Shown here in pieces: positions 1 to 10,088 of a stretch of DNA of 64,000 nucleotides (position 1 is its first letter; each line of letters begins with the position of its first letter). The notes beneath the pieces were generated by a model. The model was not told the DNA's origin, made no database searches, and was given only the letters and a program-made list of their open reading frames with translations. Source of the DNA: a virus; the IMG/VR virus record IMGVR_UViG_3300021171_000007, positions 15,612 to 79,611 of that record. The stretch is one strand, 5' to 3'. The translations under genes were made by a program, and so were the position numbers.

Positions 1-321
1 TAGGCCCCAATTTCCCATAGCCGCGGTGTCGTGGTGATCGTATTCCGCCCGCACTCTGAGAAGATAGCTGGCAGTAGAGATCATCGACAGAGCAATGCTG
101 ACACTCGGCAGCTGATTATAAGCAGCCTGCCCAGCAGCCATACGCGTGCGAACGTCGAGACGCTTCATGTAAACATAAAGGTCTCCGTCACTCAATCTGA
201 CAAGAGGTTCTTCTCCGGCCAAAGTGCTAAAGGCCCCTGATGCCTGGACATAAGGGAGAATGATTCCGGGTTCAACGAACGACGGATTGACAATGGCATA
301 TGATGGATTGACGCTACCCAT
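1..321 (-). CDS. Probable major capsid protein, 5' part (runs off window)
   Basis: ATG at 321 after GAGGTGA SD; open frame MGSVNPSYAIVNPSFVEPGIILPYVQASG...; position after head maturation and decoration genes. Not in the ORF track. Confidence 0.6.
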   Translation of the reverse strand, partial: MGSVNPSYAIVNPSFVEPGIILPYVQASGAFSTLAGEEPLVRLSDGDLYVYMKRLDVRTRMAAGQAAYNQLPSVSIALSMISTASYLLRVRAEYDHHDTAAMGNWGL

Positions 322-377
322 TGTAAGTTCACCTCATATTTGGGAGGCGTGTAGCGCCTCAGTTGCACAAGTTCCGA

Positions 378-1019
378 TTAGATTTCAAGAAGGATTGTAT
401 CGCCAGAACGGTTCCAAGTAGCGAAACCAGTGACCGAATTGTAGACAACGGTCATCGAATTCCCGAGATTGTACCCGATGACATTCATACCTGCTGTTGG
501 CAGAGCAATTCCGCCAGCGGCAGTTGCAGTAACCCACTGGTTCGTAATATTGAAGAACAGTGGTGCCGGCGCCAATGCAACTGGAACTGGGTAGCCGGGA
601 GGCGCCAATTGCAGCAAAAGTGCCGGGTCCATCGCCATAGGAATACGCGCACGGCTTCCAAAGCGATAGAAGTTCACAAGCATTCCAGCATCCGCTTGCG
701 GAACTGGGCTCTGTGGACTGCTGATCATAGCATGATTTTGGTTGAACACGCTAATACCAGTAGGTGCAACAGTGGCACTCGCACGCGTGATAGAGTTCTG
801 CAACGCTGGATCCCAGAGACTTCCAGTAGGCGGAAGATGCTCAGAAATCGGAACGCCACCAAACATAGGCAGCGTTTCCGTGGGTGCCAATTGACCACCC
901 GTCAACTGGTATCTGATTGCAGGATCGTCCATTGCCATACCTTGCATCATCCCGTCAAGGGTGATTTTAAAGGTACCAGCAGCGTTGGTCGTAATAACGG
1001 GATTAAGCGAGATTGACAT
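378..1019 (-). CDS. Virion structural (capsid decoration/cement-like) protein
   Basis: 213 aa A/G/T/P-rich ORF between maturation protein and capsid gene; assignment from synteny. Confidence 0.55.
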   Translation of the reverse strand: MSISLNPVITTNAAGTFKITLDGMMQGMAMDDPAIRYQLTGGQLAPTETLPMFGGVPISEHLPPTGSLWDPALQNSITRASATVAPTGISVFNQNHAMISSPQSPVPQADAGMLVNFYRFGSRARIPMAMDPALLLQLAPPGYPVPVALAPAPLFFNITNQWVTATAAGGIALPTAGMNVIGYNLGNSMTVVYNSVTGFATWNRSGDTILLEI

Positions 1020-1059
1020 GACAGAAGTGCTCCTTAATGGTTACGGCCTATGAAGCGCC

Positions 1060-2859
1060 TCAGTTGCTGTTGTTTTTGATTCCAACAAGCATCCTCTTTG
1101 GCGCCGCAAATTGGTTCATCCACGCAGATGGTCGCCCGACGAACGTGGAAATTTTGCGACCAGTACTGTCTTCGGATTTGATTTCCCGCAAGAAATCCTC
1201 GCCCATATCTGCTGGATGTAGACCGGCTTGTTCAGCATCGGAATAGATCGTATTCTCGATGTTGGCGAAGGCTGCATCATCTGCAATGACCTTAAGGTCA
1301 ATGTCCTTCCAGGCCTTGGAGTGCTCCTTGAGGCCATTGGCAAGACGACGACGATACGCAATCAAAGTCTCCCCATCAAGCGCACGCGGAGCCTTGCTGC
1401 CATGCATCAAATAGATGCGGTCGGCGCGAACCTGCGAATCAGCCATTAAAGCATAATCCGCATCCGTCATTTGACGAGGCAGTTTGGCTGCAACGTCAGC
1501 AACGCTCTTACGGAGCGTTTCAAGTTCGGCGGCATCTGCCTTGGCTTTGGCATCGGCCTTTTCTTTTTCCTCGGCATCCGCCTTGGCTTTGGCTTCCGCG
1601 TCCGCCTTGGCCTTGGCTTCTGCATCAGCTTTTTCGCGCTCGGCGGCGTCCATTTTGGCACGGGCGTCAGCCTTCTCCTTCTCTTCGGCGTCAGCTTTTG
1701 CCTTGTCAGCTTTCTCCTTTTCCTTCTCGTCCCAGGCGTCGCTGACGGTTTTCTTTACTGAATCCTTAATCGCATCGGCAAATGACGCAAAATAAGAATC
1801 AAATCGGGCCTTGTCAGCCTTTTCCTTTTCTTCTGCGTCAGCCTTTGCCTTCGCCTCATCTGCCTTGCGAGCGGCTTCCAAAGCCGCAGCTTTATCGTCG
1901 TCTGCCATAACAAGTTCCTTTTCTGCGGTTATCACGCCACTCGGCGGTAGTCCTTTATCCCAAACACCCACAAAGCAAATAGCTATGTGGTCTAGTAGTC
2001 TTGGCTTACCTTCAATAAGTAATTTGTTACCATTCCTCAGCTTAATTTTTTGGTCTTCACCCGTAAGAACCACGCAAGGAGAAGTGCTTAATTGATTTTC
2101 TGCCATAAGTTTGGCAGCATTTTCATCCCATACTTTTACAATTGCCCAAACTTCATCACCCTTAATATATGGAATAAATACAGAACCAACATTTCTATCA
2201 ACGTATTCTTTGGTATTTAATGTTGCCCTACCAGGATGCTCAAAGATAACAGGAAGACCATTACAACGCTCAAGAAATTCTTGATTCAAATAAATCGACT
2301 TGTCGCGCCACACATGCTCTTTAATACCACTTCGATATGATAATCCAGTACCAGTTATTCTAATATCAAACAAAGTAAGATTGGCATAACGCTGCGGTGA
2401 GGTTAACTCACCATCTTTCATAAGTTTAGCAATACCTAATTCATCAGCAAATAGTTTCTTTATAGTCGTTACTACCCCAGGATGTAATGGCTGGGGAGGC
2501 ATTTCCAGTGGTGCCCACTTAAAGCCTGTATGTTCTTCATCTAATCTTGGAGGTACAAATTCGTCATCTACTTCTTGAATATAAGTAGTATAATCAACTA
2601 TGTATGTGGGTCTGTCTCCGTTTCCTTCATTAGTGGATATTCTACGAGAGAGTTCAAATAATTCTCCAGAAGGGTAGAATCCAATTTCTTCAGAACATTC
2701 TCTAATGGCTGCTTGGACTGATGTTTCACCGGCTTCCCGTTTTCCACCAGGTAGATCGTAAAATCCAGAATAATCTCCATATTCTGAACGCTTAAGAAAT
2801 AATGCCCTCTTGTCAGATGTGACAAAGAGGATGCCGGAAGCATTGATAGTCTCCGTCAT
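1060..2859 (-). CDS. NUDIX domain fused to DUF2213-type head maturation protein with scaffold-like tail
   Basis: Nudix box PGGKREAGETSVQAAIRECSEEIG; central NGLPVIFEHP...DHIAIC; (KAKADAE)n coiled coil. Confidence 0.75.
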   Translation of the reverse strand: MTETINASGILFVTSDKRALFLKRSEYGDYSGFYDLPGGKREAGETSVQAAIRECSEEIGFYPSGELFELSRRISTNEGNGDRPTYIVDYTTYIQEVDDEFVPPRLDEEHTGFKWAPLEMPPQPLHPGVVTTIKKLFADELGIAKLMKDGELTSPQRYANLTLFDIRITGTGLSYRSGIKEHVWRDKSIYLNQEFLERCNGLPVIFEHPGRATLNTKEYVDRNVGSVFIPYIKGDEVWAIVKVWDENAAKLMAENQLSTSPCVVLTGEDQKIKLRNGNKLLIEGKPRLLDHIAICFVGVWDKGLPPSGVITAEKELVMADDDKAAALEAARKADEAKAKADAEEKEKADKARFDSYFASFADAIKDSVKKTVSDAWDEKEKEKADKAKADAEEKEKADARAKMDAAEREKADAEAKAKADAEAKAKADAEEKEKADAKAKADAAELETLRKSVADVAAKLPRQMTDADYALMADSQVRADRIYLMHGSKAPRALDGETLIAYRRRLANGLKEHSKAWKDIDLKVIADDAAFANIENTIYSDAEQAGLHPADMGEDFLREIKSEDSTGRKISTFVGRPSAWMNQFAAPKRMLVGIKNNSN

Positions 2860-3038
2860 TCTTTCTTACTCAACGCGCCTGTACGCAATTCTTCACGTTC
2901 ATTATCCTTCTTTTTATCGGAAAATGGAGGACAATCCTTATTTGGAGGAGTTCCCATCACTGCTTGGTCTTTTTTGGGCGCAAACAGTGCATCCATCATA
3001 GAGTCCAGCTTCTTCATATGCTCAGATCCGCACGGCAT
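2856..3038 (-). CDS. Small hypothetical protein
   Basis: 60 aa ORF overlapping both neighbours. Confidence 0.5.
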   Translation of the reverse strand: MPCGSEHMKKLDSMMDALFAPKKDQAVMGTPPNKDCPPFSDKKKDNEREELRTGALSKKE

Positions 3039-4621
3039 TATTGAGCCTCCGTCGTCTGTTGAGCTGGTAAACGCTGTCTTGCTTTACGTGCTTCAACTTC
3101 TTGAAGATAATCTATTACGGCATCTTCAAGTGAATCCACACGCGTAGAGCCACTTCTGCTTAATTGTCCAAGCTTGTAATGTGGTTTTCCGGGCGCACCC
3201 GCGGCGCCACCAGCACCCTCCATGGGATCAGGCTTAAATTTAGCCATTTTCTCATAATCGAGCACAAGCGGAGATGGGAACATAGCCTTTAAATCATTAA
3301 AATTATCAGATGCCCATTCGTAAATAGTCGCTTTATTATCATCGTCAGCAAGTGGAAGAAGCAATTCAAGCATAGAAATGACGCTTCTTAGCTTGACATT
3401 CGCTACTTTTATCTTTTCAGAGTCAGGTTCAGTCAACAAAGATGGCCAGATCGCAATAAAGTGATCTGACCATTCAGTAAACGCCTGATTGTAGCTCTTT
3501 TTTCCGTACTCGTCTTTGAAATCGTTCTGTACTGTCTCGTAAAATTCCAAATTCCAAGCTCGATATTGCACTATTTGAGTGAAAAAATCATATAAAGGCT
3601 GCATCGACTCACGTAATTTGTCAATATAGCGTGCTATAGCTTTGGCGTCTTCCTCTCCTTCAGCAAAGGCAACCGCTAATGTTTCTGAATTTACTAATTT
3701 TGCTGGCATTCCAGCTGCTGCTGCTATATTTTCAAGTATGTTTTTTCGTGCTGTGCGTGATGAGTTGTCTATATTCTGTAGGTTTAAAGATTCAATACTC
3801 TCATCGATTGAAATATTCATTACGGAACCAGTCATCGCCTCCTTAAGCATACCGCGCTTAATTCCAGCGATCTGCTGCATCACATTATTTATGATGCTGC
3901 CTGGTGCTTTCAACTTTGCTACGATAATTCCAGCCTTTTTCGTGACTAAATCATCTGTAATCATCGACTGCAAAAATGATTTGAGTGGATACAATGCCCT
4001 TTGGTATACTGAGCGACCCACATAGCCCCAAGCGCTAGTAGTATAATCAAGATAAATTGGGTCTTCATTCTGATATATGCAGGTTCGAGTGAAATTGTAC
4101 GCTTGTCCTTGGACAGCGATGGTTAAAGGCTTCAAAAATGTTGGAGAATTTGGATTTTGGTTTAAAACCAAGCTTCCAGCAGTATTTAATGGATCAAAAA
4201 CATTAAAAGTCATCGGTTTTTTTGATAAAGTTGCAAAATCTAATGGTTTTGTCGGATCTTCTTTGGGAATCATACAAGCTACAGAGGCAATTCCATAAAT
4301 TCTAGCTAATCTTACCACATTTGCGATGATTCTATCTGCATCTATTCGTTGCCACTCATCTGTAAACGCTTTTCTTACACGATCTTCAGGCGATCCTGGG
4401 ATATTTATGTTGCGCCCCTGAGATTGTGCCAATTGAACCGGCACATCCACGAGCTTTGCCCCATAAGGATGGTAAGAATAGATAAGCTTGCATAACTCGT
4501 AGCTGGCTGACGAGCCAAGCTCGATGTTATCTGCCATCAATATTTTCATTAATGGAGTCCCTAGTGGGGAACCGCCAAACATTCCACCACTAGGGTTCTC
4601 GATTACTGCTTCAGATGCCAT
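3038..4621 (-). CDS. Portal protein (DUF1073-like)
   Basis: ARIYGIA, WGYVGRSVYQR and IAAAAGMPAKL motifs; size and position after terminase. Confidence 0.8.
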   Translation of the reverse strand: MASEAVIENPSGGMFGGSPLGTPLMKILMADNIELGSSASYELCKLIYSYHPYGAKLVDVPVQLAQSQGRNINIPGSPEDRVRKAFTDEWQRIDADRIIANVVRLARIYGIASVACMIPKEDPTKPLDFATLSKKPMTFNVFDPLNTAGSLVLNQNPNSPTFLKPLTIAVQGQAYNFTRTCIYQNEDPIYLDYTTSAWGYVGRSVYQRALYPLKSFLQSMITDDLVTKKAGIIVAKLKAPGSIINNVMQQIAGIKRGMLKEAMTGSVMNISIDESIESLNLQNIDNSSRTARKNILENIAAAAGMPAKLVNSETLAVAFAEGEEDAKAIARYIDKLRESMQPLYDFFTQIVQYRAWNLEFYETVQNDFKDEYGKKSYNQAFTEWSDHFIAIWPSLLTEPDSEKIKVANVKLRSVISMLELLLPLADDDNKATIYEWASDNFNDLKAMFPSPLVLDYEKMAKFKPDPMEGAGGAAGAPGKPHYKLGQLSRSGSTRVDSLEDAVIDYLQEVEARKARQRLPAQQTTEAQ

Positions 4622-4714
4622 TTTCTTCTTATCTAAAAGTGATTGCGGAGGAGGCTGTCAGTCCCCCTTGCCAGTTCACAGAGTGTTAATTCACCCCGCC
4701 GCAACCATCCCAGT

Positions 4715-5530
4715 TTAGCGCTTCGGTTGAGGAGTTGTCCCAGGCGCAATCGGCTGAGTTGGCTGGCCGGCGCCAACAGGAGGCCGCGGTAGTGGCTGTC
4801 CAGGACGAACCGGAGGCGTCACAGAGCCAGGAGGACGAGGCTGACCTGCAACAGGCGGTCGTCCAGGAAGTCCCTGATCGGGATGTGTTCCATCATCCGG
4901 AAGTTCCGGCGGTTCAGTCGTAGGCGGCTCATTCGGAAGGCCCTGATCAGGATGAACAGGAATATCCAAAACCGCGTAGCGATAGCCGACGCCGCTGATC
5001 AAAACGAGAACGAGTGTCTTTCCAGCAGGAACGCTTGGAGGAAGCGGCGGCCAAATTGTGCCAGGAGGCGGATCAGTTGGCGGAAGTTCTGGTTCGCCAG
5101 GCTGCGGCGGTGCAATCGGGTGAGACGGATCGACCGGCCAAGCAGGAATGTGTCCTTCATCCACACCATAGTCCGGATCCACCGGACGACCTCCACCTCC
5201 CCAACCGAAACCAGGGTCAATAGGGCGCCCAGGTCGTGAAGGAAGATGTCCAGGGTGTTCCGGGCGAAAACCAGGACGCCCGCCAGGAAGCCCCTGATCT
5301 GGATGTCCTCCTTCAACACCCCAACCCGGATCAACAGGACGACCAGGACGAACCGGACCTTGATCAGGACGACCAGGCCAAGAGCCTGGTGGACGATTTC
5401 CCACATGCGGAGGACGACCGCCAGGAACACCATAACCTGGATCAACAGGTTCGTCAATTCCATAGTCCGGATCAGTAGGACGCTGCGGTCGACCATTACG
5501 GTCGAGGAACTGAATATAAGCAAAAGGCAT
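4715..5530 (-). CDS. Proline-rich repeat protein
   Basis: Strong SD GAGGAG; five PxDPx(Y/W/F)G and three HPDQGLP repeats; GC-rich codons. Confidence 0.8.
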   Translation of the reverse strand: MPFAYIQFLDRNGRPQRPTDPDYGIDEPVDPGYGVPGGRPPHVGNRPPGSWPGRPDQGPVRPGRPVDPGWGVEGGHPDQGLPGGRPGFRPEHPGHLPSRPGRPIDPGFGWGGGGRPVDPDYGVDEGHIPAWPVDPSHPIAPPQPGEPELPPTDPPPGTIWPPLPPSVPAGKTLVLVLISGVGYRYAVLDIPVHPDQGLPNEPPTTEPPELPDDGTHPDQGLPGRPPVAGQPRPPGSVTPPVRPGQPLPRPPVGAGQPTQPIAPGTTPQPKR

Positions 5531-5694
5531 TATCTTCTCCTCACAGGTAAGTTTCTCTTGTTAGTCTGGCTCTTCAAACGCGTGGCGTCCCAGACAAAAG
5601 TGCAGGGTGGAATCACATCGACGGGAGGCCGAGACCGCTCAATTGCCGCTAGTTGGGAGGTACGCCGCGACAATTTCACCCCTGCTGAAGTTTA

Positions 5695-7206
5695 TTACCA
5701 AAGTTCTGAATCGCCCAGAGAAGAACATACTCCGTAGCAAAAGCAATCAACCAAATCGTCTTCTTGATCTGGCACGCCAACATTAAAACTGTGAACTTGT
5801 TTAATGAGATGATTAGCGTGTCTTTGTTTAAAATCCACAGTCTTGTTATAAGCTTGAACAGAATACTTTACCTTGCCAACGGAAACGTATCCACTAGCAT
5901 TGAGAGCACGCGGTTGTTTGCCAAGTTGTACCAACTTAGCGTCAACACCAGTTGCCAAAAGGTTGCGTCGATTACATTGTTGCAAAAGGACAATTCCAGA
6001 GCCCTTTTCTTCAATTACTGTACCAATCGACCCACGCCGCGCCCGACAAGCTCTGGCATATTCCTCAAGTTTTAAGTAAATGCCAGGTATCCAATCTATC
6101 AACAAATCAGCAGGAACTTGCAAAATATCATAATCTAAAATAGTAAGTGGCGCCGCAAAACGCTCGTTCAAAGCCCAATAGATTACTGCGGTGGCATCGT
6201 GTTTCGCATCAGCCTTAATGCCAGTATCAATAGTGGCAAAGACGCAATCAGTCCACTCAGGAAAGTTGACAGGCAATCCGTCAACAAGTAAGTCCTTTTC
6301 GAGGAAAAACGTACCACCAGGCGGCTGCGGATTTTGTTGATAGAGAGACTCAAAATCTCTAATCCCCAAGATAGTTCGCTTTCGCTCCAGAGCTTCTGCG
6401 TTTTCCCAACCAGGCCAAAGAGCCTCACCTACTTTACGTGGAGGATCAAGAGGATCATTAGCAGTTGCAAATGCTGGCAGATTTATAACAGTCCACTGAT
6501 CTCCGCCCTTATCCATTTCATTTAAAAGCATTCCACCTAAATCTTCTAAATGCCATCGTGTCTGGATAAGGATAATTCTAGCATCTGGCTTAAGACGTGT
6601 GACAAGATCTGATTTATACCATTCGTAAGTTTTTGTCCTAACGGTTTCTGATTCAGCATCCTCTCTGGATTTAACTGGATCATCAATAATTGCGAGATCA
6701 GCGCGTCTTCCAGTAATAGCGCCTCCCACACCTGCCGCGTAATATTCACCTCCGTTTGTGGTTTCCCATCGAGAAGCTGCTCTGTTTGATTCATCTAGCG
6801 AATAGCCTAAAATTGGTGACTTCAACAGTATCTTGTTACGCACCTTACGGCCAAAACGCTCAGCAAGCTCTCCTGTATGTGAACAACCAATTACAGAGGA
6901 ACGCGGAAACTTTTTAAACCAATACGGCGGTAACAATTCAGATGTATAAGTAGATTTGGCGCTCCCAGGAGGAGCAAATATCATTAAGCGATCAATTTCA
7001 CCTTTTATAACTTTTTCTAGGGCTTTGATAATGTGTCTATGATGCGGTGCTGGTTCAAAATTAAAATCATGTACGCACTCTTCACACCAAGAAAGTAAGT
7101 CGGTTTGACAAGAACGACGCCAAGCTTCAGCGCGATATTTAAGAATTTGACGCTTACGTATTGTCTCAAATTGGGATGGTTGTGAAGGCTCGAATCCCAT
7201 TGACAC
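5695..7206 (-). CDS. terL: Terminase large subunit
   Basis: Walker A APPGSAKS, Walker B IIDDP, IQTRWH, LYQQNP and C-terminal DDLVD nuclease motif. Confidence 0.95.
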   Translation of the reverse strand: MSMGFEPSQPSQFETIRKRQILKYRAEAWRRSCQTDLLSWCEECVHDFNFEPAPHHRHIIKALEKVIKGEIDRLMIFAPPGSAKSTYTSELLPPYWFKKFPRSSVIGCSHTGELAERFGRKVRNKILLKSPILGYSLDESNRAASRWETTNGGEYYAAGVGGAITGRRADLAIIDDPVKSREDAESETVRTKTYEWYKSDLVTRLKPDARIILIQTRWHLEDLGGMLLNEMDKGGDQWTVINLPAFATANDPLDPPRKVGEALWPGWENAEALERKRTILGIRDFESLYQQNPQPPGGTFFLEKDLLVDGLPVNFPEWTDCVFATIDTGIKADAKHDATAVIYWALNERFAAPLTILDYDILQVPADLLIDWIPGIYLKLEEYARACRARRGSIGTVIEEKGSGIVLLQQCNRRNLLATGVDAKLVQLGKQPRALNASGYVSVGKVKYSVQAYNKTVDFKQRHANHLIKQVHSFNVGVPDQEDDLVDCFCYGVCSSLGDSELW

Positions 7207-7225
7207 AGTTAGAAGCGCCCAAGTG

Positions 7226-7477
7226 TTAGACTATTCCAGGCTCAACACTTCCAATAGCCGCAGCAATAGCCGCTCGGTATTTCTCAAACTGCGCCTGTCT
7301 CTGGAACGAATTACCCAAATCAGCAGCAGGCAACATACCAATGGCTTGCGTGCCAATTGAATCAAGTGCGATCTGAATTTCCGGAGCATTGGGGAAGCGA
7401 GCAGCATATTCATTTAATGCTGAAAATTGCTCATCTGTGATTAGATAAATGCGAAGTCCGCGTCCAGCTTCAGCCAT
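7226..7477 (-). CDS. Hypothetical protein, first gene of late operon
   Basis: 83 aa ORF directly upstream of terL. Confidence 0.6.
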   Translation of the reverse strand: MAEAGRGLRIYLITDEQFSALNEYAARFPNAPEIQIALDSIGTQAIGMLPAADLGNSFQRQAQFEKYRAAIAAAIGSVEPGIV

Positions 7478-7519
7478 TTATTCAAAATCCTTTATAGAGA
7501 CACTTCGTCCAATCTCATT

Positions 7520-7720
7520 TTCAGAGTTTGGGCCCTTATTTTGGCCTCGTTCCCTGCCTTAGCAGGACTGACTTAACTGGCGCAGTAGGCCAAAACCTGG
7601 GCCCATCCGGGCTGGGGGGCTCTGTTAAAGAAGGGCCCAGGCATTAAATTCCAGCCTTAGGGGAAAGAGCTGGAGGCGGTCCCTCAATGAGCAGGAAACG
7701 CACTGAGAGCCCTTGAGCAT
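7520..7720 (-). ncRNA. Structured GC-rich leader of the late operon
   Basis: Stems 7539-47/7587-95, 7553-57/7562-66, and 7529-35/7599-605 or alternatively 7596-604/7633-41; no long ORF. Confidence 0.5.
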
Positions 7721-7762
7721 GGGTGGTAAATATGTCTTTTCTGCGGCTTTTACATTAACCCG

Positions 7763-7784
7763 AACATTAAATTTTCGTAATGTT
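7763..7784. promoter_or_regulatory. Palindromic operator AACATTA-N8-TAATGTT
   Basis: Perfect 7-bp arms; one-mismatch copies at 13332-13353 and 51411-51432. Confidence 0.5.
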
Positions 7785-7797
7785 TACACTGTCCCCG

Positions 7798-7826
7798 TAG
7801 ACTTCACAACCATTTTGTGCTATAGT
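7798..7826 (+). promoter_or_regulatory. Sigma70-type promoter for nusG-like gene
   Basis: TAGACT-17 nt (ending TGTGC)-TATAGT. Confidence 0.6.
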
Positions 7827-7859
7827 GTTTAGTAAGAAAAGCAAGTTTTGGAGGGCTCA

Positions 7860-8387
7860 ATGCAAGATCTATTTGCCACACAAACACAAAACGATTTCAA
7901 GTGGGTAGTGGCAGTCTTTGCAAATACTGGCGCAACAGAAGCCATTCGAAAAGCTAACGATGTACCATTGAAAACATTTTATCCAATACGATTTAATCAA
8001 AAAGGACTTCCAGTCCCTTTGTGGCGCCACTACTTATTCATTGAATTTCGCGACACGTTAACAGCTCAAGTATGTCGGAGCACTAAAAAATTCATTAAAG
8101 TAATTACTATGCGTGATGAAGAAGGAATAGAATATCCAGTAATGGTACGTAAAAACGCTATTAATGAACATCTAGGATTATTACTATCTGGTAGATTTAA
8201 TAGTAGATCAACAGTTAGACGTTATTACGGAAAAGGATCAATAGTTAGAGTATTGGAAGGTAATTTTATTGATAAGAAAGTACGATTGGAAACAGATGTA
8301 CCTCCAAGTATGCCTGGTAATAAGAAAGTACAAATTGACATAGGTGGATTCAAAGCAAGCATCGAGATTTGGAAGTTAGCACTATGA
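7860..8387 (+). CDS. NusG/RfaH-family transcription elongation factor
   Basis: NGN-like PLWRHYLFIEF and KOW-like GSIVRVLEGNF; start moved to ATG 7860 after GGAGG. Confidence 0.8.
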   Translation: MQDLFATQTQNDFKWVVAVFANTGATEAIRKANDVPLKTFYPIRFNQKGLPVPLWRHYLFIEFRDTLTAQVCRSTKKFIKVITMRDEEGIEYPVMVRKNAINEHLGLLLSGRFNSRSTVRRYYGKGSIVRVLEGNFIDKKVRLETDVPPSMPGNKKVQIDIGGFKASIEIWKLAL

Positions 8388-8553
8388 CAAATGAAGACGA
8401 AGAGGATCACTACAATGATTATGATGAAGGATATGAACCTCCATTTAGACATCCATGGAGAGAAATAATTACATTTATATTATTTGTCAGTATCATAATA
8501 GCAGGACTATGGTGGTTAACTTGGAAGATATATGACTGGATATGAGGTAGCAA

Positions 8554-8997
8554 ATGTGCATGGATTGGGAAGAATGGGAGAAGAATCGCTTCTTCATTTT
8601 AATGGGAAAAACACCAGTTCCATCTAATATGCAAGGATGGTCTGCATGGTTTGAAAAAGCCTATGGCACTAATGAAACTGTGGTAGCCTTTACCAAAACA
8701 GATCTAGTTGAAGTAAGCACTGTTTTTCTAGGAATTAATCATAACTTTAATTTTGGGCCTGATAGAGGCGCACCAGTATTATTTGAGACAATGGCATTTC
8801 ATAAGCTAGAAATGCCAAAAATAATTCTAGATCACGAAATAGATTGGGATGGCCAAGAAACCATGCGCTGCTGTACATGGGAAGAAGCTGAGTTACAACA
8901 TAAGATAATGGTAGCAGAAGTAATCAGTAAAGAATATCTGGGAACTCCAGAACAACTTAAGGCTATGGTAGAAGCAATCTTCAAGGAGCAGAAATGA
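8554..8997 (+). CDS. Hypothetical phage protein
   Basis: VSTVFLGINH...PVLFETM motif; SD present. Confidence 0.7.
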   Translation: MCMDWEEWEKNRFFILMGKTPVPSNMQGWSAWFEKAYGTNETVVAFTKTDLVEVSTVFLGINHNFNFGPDRGAPVLFETMAFHKLEMPKIILDHEIDWDGQETMRCCTWEEAELQHKIMVAEVISKEYLGTPEQLKAMVEAIFKEQK

Positions 8998-9224
8998 CAC
9001 AGTTCGGAGCAACAGGTGACTATCCACACGGCAAAATGAACGTAGAAGATGAGGGAGGAATCATATTAGGAATTGCTCATGATAAAGGAAATGTTATTAT
9101 TAATTTTGGTAAGCCATGTGCTTGGATAGGAATGCCACCGGAAGAAGCATTTGGGCTTGCTAGATTGATAGCAGAACATGCCCATAAAGCTATGAGAGAT
9201 ATAACGGAAAGTAACAATGGATGA
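8994..9224 (+). CDS. Hypothetical protein
   Basis: ATGA-coupled ORF with AGGAG SD. Confidence 0.65.
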   Translation: MTQFGATGDYPHGKMNVEDEGGIILGIAHDKGNVIINFGKPCAWIGMPPEEAFGLARLIAEHAHKAMRDITESNNG

Positions 9225-9453
9225 GACAGTAATAGCATGTATGAGGGTTTCTACAAAAGGCCCTCATACTGATAGTATCATCTCCAGTTGCAACAAATGC
9301 CTCCATCCTATATGGATTGCCAAAAGCACTCCAAATATTGATGGAGCGCGCTTTCTGTGCATTCAATGCGTTCCATGGAACGAAGTAGATGACATAGCAC
9401 CGCCGACGCTTGATCAAATGTCTGACGTTCTGAACTCCAAAAATAGAAGGTAG
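9217..9453 (+). CDS. Small Zn-ribbon protein
   Basis: CNKC...CIQC. Confidence 0.6.
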   Translation: MDETVIACMRVSTKGPHTDSIISSCNKCLHPIWIAKSTPNIDGARFLCIQCVPWNEVDDIAPPTLDQMSDVLNSKNRR

Positions 9454-9455
9454 CA

Positions 9456-9956
9456 ATGAGACTCAAAGATATCACTAGTGAAGGAGATGTCCGCGAATGG
9501 CTTCAAGAATGGATAGATGAATGTCAAGGGAGGTTAAAATTAGAATGGATTGAACCATCGATATACGGTAGCACTGTTGGCACTCCAGATTGCAAAGTCT
9601 CAAAGTCCGGAGTGCAATGGACTATTGGTGTAGAACTCAAATACCTTTTAACAACCAAAAAAGGAATCAAATGGGAGGTGCGCCCAGCACAACGGCGCTA
9701 TCATCACATGCACGCTAAGAGCGGTGGCAGGAGCGCACTAATGGCATATATCGCTGCCAACTCAGTTCTTGGATTAGTTCGTGGCGATCATATTCCGCTA
9801 CGAGACTATGCCAAAGATCCACAGAGCGGCATCCATGATGGTAAAGTTAAAATGTGGGATCTCAGTTATTTTAGCGTAGATACTGATCTTAATACAATAT
9901 TGAATTTGGAAAGAGCCTTGTTTGGAGAACTCTTTTGGGAGAAGCATCATGCGTAA
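9456..9956 (+). CDS. PD-(D/E)xK nuclease (VRR-NUC/resolvase-like)
   Basis: GTPDC...VELK...VRPAQRRYH. Confidence 0.7.
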   Translation: MRLKDITSEGDVREWLQEWIDECQGRLKLEWIEPSIYGSTVGTPDCKVSKSGVQWTIGVELKYLLTTKKGIKWEVRPAQRRYHHMHAKSGGRSALMAYIAANSVLGLVRGDHIPLRDYAKDPQSGIHDGKVKMWDLSYFSVDTDLNTILNLERALFGELFWEKHHA

Positions 9957-10088
9957 AATTGATCCTCTCTTTGTGTTAGCCATAATGTTTATGATTGCTT
10001 ATGGTGGACAAATTATCATCAACCTGCTAGGATTAAAATAATGGTAAAGATGGTACCACCTCAATATAAAAAAGGAGGATCACACGCT

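Noticed and set aside
363-6525. Plus-strand ORFs over the head genes (e.g. 363-1016, 5246-5737)
   Set aside because: Antisense shadows of well-supported minus-strand genes.
7755-7770. CtrA box
   Set aside because: Spacing is TTAA-N8-TTAA, not N7.
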